The notes under the pieces were generated by a model. That model worked only from the letters and a program-made list of their open reading frames with translations, was not told the DNA's origin and ran no database searches. From a virus, in the IMG/VR virus record IMGVR_UViG_3300027710_000007, positions 1 through 15,693 of that record: a DNA stretch of 15,693 bases, one strand, 5' to 3'. Shown here piece by piece: positions 13,123-15,693 of this stretch. Numbering within the stretch: the stretch's first letter is position 1; every line of letters begins with the position of its first letter. Both the position numbers and the translations under genes were made by a program.

Positions 13123-14547
13123 CTAACTATAAATCATTGGCTTAGGTATTGGGATCATTAACTTGGAAACTACCATTGCCAAGCCAATAGGGGCTGAGAT
13201 GTCTCCAGCACTCTTTCGCTTGATGATGCGCCATGCGGAATCATTAACCTTAGCTGCACAATTATTCATCTGCTGGATCAATTCTTCCTGCCCATTGTGA
13301 ACTACTCGAGCATTGACCAAGCCTTCTAAGAGATCTCCACAGGCTTTGTAGAACTGTTGCCCTGAGACATCCTCGGTCATAACTCCAGCATTGGCTAGGC
13401 GATCTGCAATCGTTTGAGTCGCGTACTTGTCAAAGCAAACTAGGCGTGGCTTATAAATGTCGCACCATGCCTTTATACTTGCTGCCATCTTTAACTCATC
13501 GATGGCAACCTGAGAGCTGTAAGTCTCCAAAATCCCGATGCCAATCCGCCCATCTGGGAGAAGTTGTCCTGCGACCAATGATCCGTTCCTGCGTGACGGA
13601 CTGACATCGAAACCGAATACAGTATAAGCCCCGGGAGCCATTTCTAGCGTGCTATCGGATGTGTCCTCTAAAACTCCATGAGGCCATGGGCTACTTAACG
13701 AATCAATCCATTGGCACAGAGTTTCAGTACGCGTGTTCTCAATCGGTGAAGTAGCAATCGCTTCCTCAATCGCCTCTTCTGTGATGGTGTATCCCAAAGA
13801 GGGGTTAGCCAAAGCCCATGCATCGCGGTCGGTTATCTTGCAGTACTGAGGGGCTGAGTACTCGTAGAATCCAAAAGACTTGGGTGGATAGTCGATAGCT
13901 CTTTCTCGTAGGTCGTTGAGTACAGTGCTGAAAGCGTCTCCTGCATTAGAGGTAAGAAGCGTTTGAGAGTTTGGGTGAGCTCTAGTTGTAGGAGTAGCAG
14001 CTCTAAATCCATCTTCTGTGATCTCTCGGACTTCATCGATGTAGAGCAATCCATTGACTGATCTACCGCGAGAGCCGTCTCTAGTTGCTGCAACAACATC
14101 GAGCCTTGCTCCAGAGAGCATCTCAATTGACTCAGTGCCGTTGGCGTGTCTGATTTGTTTGACGAATCCTTTAAGGTGGTCATTGGTCTCCAGTAGGTGA
14201 GTAACTTGTCGGAAGGTGTCGAGTGCCATGCTTCTGTTAGAGCTCATGATAAGCACATTGGTATTCCACTTAATCAAGTGAGCAAGGATTAACATTCTGG
14301 CTAAGTGAGTCTTGCCATTCTGCCGTGCTACCAATATGAGGTTTGTCTTACGGATCCAGTTGCCTTTCTTGTCCACAGTGAGCATGTCCTTGAGCACAAA
14401 CTCTTGCCACGGCATCAAAGGCATCTTTACAATGTCACATAGATCTTTTACATCTTGCAGCTTGTTTTGACCCTTTAGAAGTGGACTGTGAAGCCTTGGC
14501 TTGGTTGCCCCTCGTAGGGCTTTGGGCTTTCTGGGCTTAGTTGTCAT
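13123..14547 (-). CDS. terL: Terminase large subunit
   Basis: 474 aa. Walker A-like ARQNGKTH, Walker B-like LLYIDEV, N-terminal LMPWQEFVLKDML, and a C-terminal nuclease-type region. Its start has an ATGA overlap with the HNH stop. Confidence 0.9.
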   Translation of the reverse strand: MTTKPRKPKALRGATKPRLHSPLLKGQNKLQDVKDLCDIVKMPLMPWQEFVLKDMLTVDKKGNWIRKTNLILVARQNGKTHLARMLILAHLIKWNTNVLIMSSNRSMALDTFRQVTHLLETNDHLKGFVKQIRHANGTESIEMLSGARLDVVAATRDGSRGRSVNGLLYIDEVREITEDGFRAATPTTRAHPNSQTLLTSNAGDAFSTVLNDLRERAIDYPPKSFGFYEYSAPQYCKITDRDAWALANPSLGYTITEEAIEEAIATSPIENTRTETLCQWIDSLSSPWPHGVLEDTSDSTLEMAPGAYTVFGFDVSPSRRNGSLVAGQLLPDGRIGIGILETYSSQVAIDELKMAASIKAWCDIYKPRLVCFDKYATQTIADRLANAGVMTEDVSGQQFYKACGDLLEGLVNARVVHNGQEELIQQMNNCAAKVNDSAWRIIKRKSAGDISAPIGLAMVVSKLMIPIPKPMIYS

Positions 14548-14873
14548 TGCTCTGGATCGGGTCGGGTCTTAAAAGGACTGTCTAGCATTGTTTCGGACTG
14601 CATCGGGGAGATATAGGTTGAAAAGACAGGGGGGGTAGCCGTCTGTGCTAAAAAAACCCCCTCATTGAGCGCACCTTTGCGTAGGTTGCATGACTTGCAT
14701 AGCACCCTTAGATTGTCAAGGCTGTGGTCTCCACCTACCTTGCGCGGGATGATGTGGTCGATGTGCATCTCACCCTCATCTGTGCCACATAACTGGCATG
14801 ATCTGCCATCACGCATAAACACGCGTTCACGCTGCTCTCTGTACCTACGAGAGTTCAACTTGTCTAATGCCAT
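14544..14873 (-). CDS. HNH endonuclease
   Basis: 109 aa. CQLCG...HIDHIIPRKVGGDHSLDNLRVLCKSCNLRKG is a textbook HNH motif with two CxxC pairs. It is translationally coupled to terL. Confidence 0.9.
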   Translation of the reverse strand: MALDKLNSRRYREQRERVFMRDGRSCQLCGTDEGEMHIDHIIPRKVGGDHSLDNLRVLCKSCNLRKGALNEGVFLAQTATPPVFSTYISPMQSETMLDSPFKTRPDPEQ

Positions 14874-15316
14874 CCCTTAGCCTTCCAATGATTCAAGGCT
14901 ATGCATGGTTCACCATACCTATGCCCTATGTACTTTAATCCCCATTGTATCTGAGTATAACCATCTTGATTCTTTAGCCATACTGATCTACCTTGAGGAA
15001 TACCATAGTGTGATCCATTAGCTGCTTTAGGATTCCATGCACTCTCTTTACCATAGAGTATTGCTAAGCATTTATATTGCTTATAGTTATAGCCTAATGA
15101 ATGTAATGCATATTGTTTATAGCTTACATATTGCTTTGGTATAGATCCACCTGCATCAGGCATGATGCATAGAGCTATCCCAATAGCTACTAGCACCCCA
15201 CGAGCTACGCCCCTAAGGGGCTCGTGGTGAGCCTTTGAGAGGCTCTGCCCAGTTAGCGTACCATCGCTGTCAAATCCATTTGTAAAAGTCCTGCTCAGAG
15301 CGGTGTTTCGTTTCAT
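14864..15316 (-). CDS. Membrane-anchored lytic transglycosylase-like (SLT/lysozyme-like) protein
   Basis: 150 aa. Strong RBS AGGAGGA with a 4-nt spacer. About 40 N-terminal residues precede a Gly/Ala-rich hydrophobic segment, GVARGVLVAIGIALCIM. The C-terminus is CLAILYGKESAWNPKAANGSHYGIPQ...YTQIQWGLKYIGHRYGEPCIALNHWKAKGW, which matches the ES.WN...YGI.Q...Q..WGL.YI..RYG signature of Gram-positive/actinobacterial SLT-like domains. Confidence 0.75.
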   Translation of the reverse strand: MKRNTALSRTFTNGFDSDGTLTGQSLSKAHHEPLRGVARGVLVAIGIALCIMPDAGGSIPKQYVSYKQYALHSLGYNYKQYKCLAILYGKESAWNPKAANGSHYGIPQGRSVWLKNQDGYTQIQWGLKYIGHRYGEPCIALNHWKAKGWH

Positions 15317-15336
15317 AGATCCTCCTAATCACCGGC

Positions 15337-15358
15337 TGTGAATAACTTCTGTGGATAA
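15337..15358 (-). promoter_or_regulatory. Two tandem DnaA-box-like 9-mers (TTATCCACA and TTATTCACA on the minus strand) in the 42-nt FmdB/transglycosylase spacer
   Basis: The plus strand carries TGTGAATAA at 15337-15345 and TGTGGATAA at 15350-15358. Read on the coding strand the spacer is TAG-TTATCCACA-GAAG-TTATTCACA-GCCGGTGATTAGGAGGATCT-ATG. GGATAA(15353-15358)-ctat-TTATCC(15363-15368) also forms a 6-bp palindrome. Confidence 0.45.
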
Positions 15359-15532
15359 CTATTTATCCGTACTATAGAAGCCCTTACCCTTAAAGTGCGT
15401 AGCTGCTGCCCCGATTACTTTGACCATTGGCTCATTACAATAGTTACATAACACTACTGGTCGATTGTGCCATCCATGACTAACCTCTTGATTGAGATTG
15501 CATCGGGTGCATTTGTAATCGTAGGTTGGCAA
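15359..15532 (-). CDS. FmdB-family zinc-ribbon protein (putative regulatory protein)
   Basis: This is the ORF-track entry 15359..15574. The preferred start is the TTG at 15532-15530, preceded by AAGGAAG with an 8-nt spacer. That gives (M)PTYDYKCTRCN...LCNYCNEPMVKVIGAAATHFKGKGFYSTDK. It matches the family signature MP.Y.Y.C..C......C..C......F.G.GFY.TD. Confidence 0.8.
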   Translation of the reverse strand: MPTYDYKCTRCNLNQEVSHGWHNRPVVLCNYCNEPMVKVIGAAATHFKGKGFYSTDK

Positions 15533-15693
15533 GTTAAGCACTTCCTTATCATGTATGACCCACATCCAGAGCATCGGTCTATGTCTGCCTCAGTAGGTTC
15601 TTTGTCTAGGTGACCATATCTTAATATGAGTAGCGGTAAGAGATCCTCAAGTCGGATTATCGCGGCATATTCACGCGCATCCTCACCCTGTCC
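15454..15693 (-). CDS. C-terminal part of the junction-spanning PD-(D/E)XK nuclease ORF (15567-15693 duplicates 1-127)
   Basis: It is in frame with 367..1. The product continues ...DRCSGCGSYMIRKCLTCQPTITNAPDAISIKRLVMDGTIDQ, stop TAG at 15456-15454. It contains a CxxC-x8-CxxC knuckle. It overlaps the FmdB-like gene out of frame by 79 nt. Confidence 0.6.
   Translation of the reverse strand, partial: GQGEDAREYAAIIRLEDLLPLLILRYGHLDKEPTEADIDRCSGCGSYMIRKCLTCQPTITNAPDAISIKRLVMDGTIDQ
15567..15693. repeat. Right copy of the exact 127-nt terminal duplication
   Basis: Identical to 1-127. Confidence 0.95.

Noticed and set aside
13101-13125. A 6-bp inverted repeat (TAGACA-N13-TGTCTA) in the terL-portal spacer as a possible terminator.
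   Set aside because: The stem is too short and AT-rich, the loop is too long, and there is no U-tract. A terminator between terminase and portal is also not expected.
986-14183. Same-strand nested alternative-frame ORFs: 986-1255, 1317-1556, 2842-3045, 3123-3491, 3965-4216, 4436-4663, 5212-5463 and 13833-14183.
   Set aside because: They are fully embedded in longer ORFs that carry clear family signatures. They have no RBS and no motifs, and their composition is typical of off-frame translation. Overprinting cannot be excluded, but the sequence gives no positive evidence for it.
14644-14650. The zero-frame T TTT TTA slippery heptamer in the HNH tail as a second programmed -1 frameshift site.
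   Set aside because: The register is correct, but the -1 frame terminates after about 28 codons before reaching terL and encodes nothing recognisable. The nearby G/C runs flank the site rather than following it. This looks like a homopolymer curiosity or a sequencing-risk site rather than recoding.
2076-14880. All plus-strand ORFs in the track: 2076-2300, 2453-2641, 7067-7327, 7781-8011, 9179-9400, 10866-11135, 11039-11383, 12391-12639 and 14665-14880.
   Set aside because: Each lies antisense to a minus-strand gene that has strong motif or positional support. None has a recognisable motif or a well-placed RBS. Their products are low-complexity mirror translations of Ala/Leu/Ser-rich genes.
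15198-15227. An imperfect nested inverted repeat (CACGAG...CCCCTAAGGGG...CTCGTG) inside the transglycosylase gene.
   Set aside because: It lies within the coding sequence for the TM-proximal region. It has a 5-nt bulge and a very small inner loop. No U-tract or regulatory context is present.
1-15693. tRNA genes, CRISPR arrays, an integrase/attP lysogeny module, toxin-antitoxin pairs or known defence/anti-defence cassettes.
   Set aside because: Essentially all sequence is accounted for by minus-strand ORFs. I saw no cloverleaf-like segments, spaced repeat arrays, recombinase motifs or two-gene toxin-like pairs. The acidic-tailed 74-aa protein at 2550-2774 is the only conceivable DNA-mimic-like candidate, and the evidence for it is too thin to report.

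Overview
The window is one complete, circularly closed genome of a small tailed phage with siphovirus-type, HK97-like morphogenesis genes. Positions 1-127 are repeated exactly at 15567-15693, so the unique unit is 15,566 bp. A 127-nt end overlap is what a k=127 assembler leaves on a circular or terminally redundant molecule. Every credible gene is on the minus strand. About 98% of the sequence is coding, and 16 gene junctions overlap (TAATG, ATGA, GTGA or longer).

Gene order on the minus strand, from high to low coordinates: FmdB-like zinc ribbon, membrane-anchored SLT-like transglycosylase, HNH endonuclease, large terminase, portal, fused prohead protease-major capsid protein, hairpin terminator, head-tail adaptor, neck/tail-terminator-like protein, major tail protein, tail assembly chaperone with a canonical -1 frameshift site (CCCTTTA), an extra basic 174-aa gene, tape measure, minor tail protein, tail fibre, zinc-peptidase endolysin, holin-like membrane proteins, metallophosphoesterase. 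A 102-nt intergenic region follows, then a DUF6378-like protein, a putative ssDNA-annealing/binding protein, a small zinc ribbon, and a PD-(D/E)XK Hjc-like nuclease whose ORF crosses the circular junction and is therefore missing from the linear ORF track.

I see no DNA polymerase, primase, helicase, initiator, integrase, repressor, recognisable small terminase, tRNA or CRISPR.

The most interesting signals:
- Tandem consensus DnaA boxes in a 42-nt intergenic spacer of a genome with no replication initiator.
- A second, membrane-anchored muralytic enzyme far from the lysis cassette.
- The protease-capsid fusion.
- A gene inserted between the frameshifted chaperone and the tape measure.
- A 79-nt out-of-frame overlap between the nuclease and the FmdB-like gene.

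Functional calls rest on motifs read by eye, with no database search. The host (possibly an actinobacterium of mid-40s %GC) is only a weak inference.
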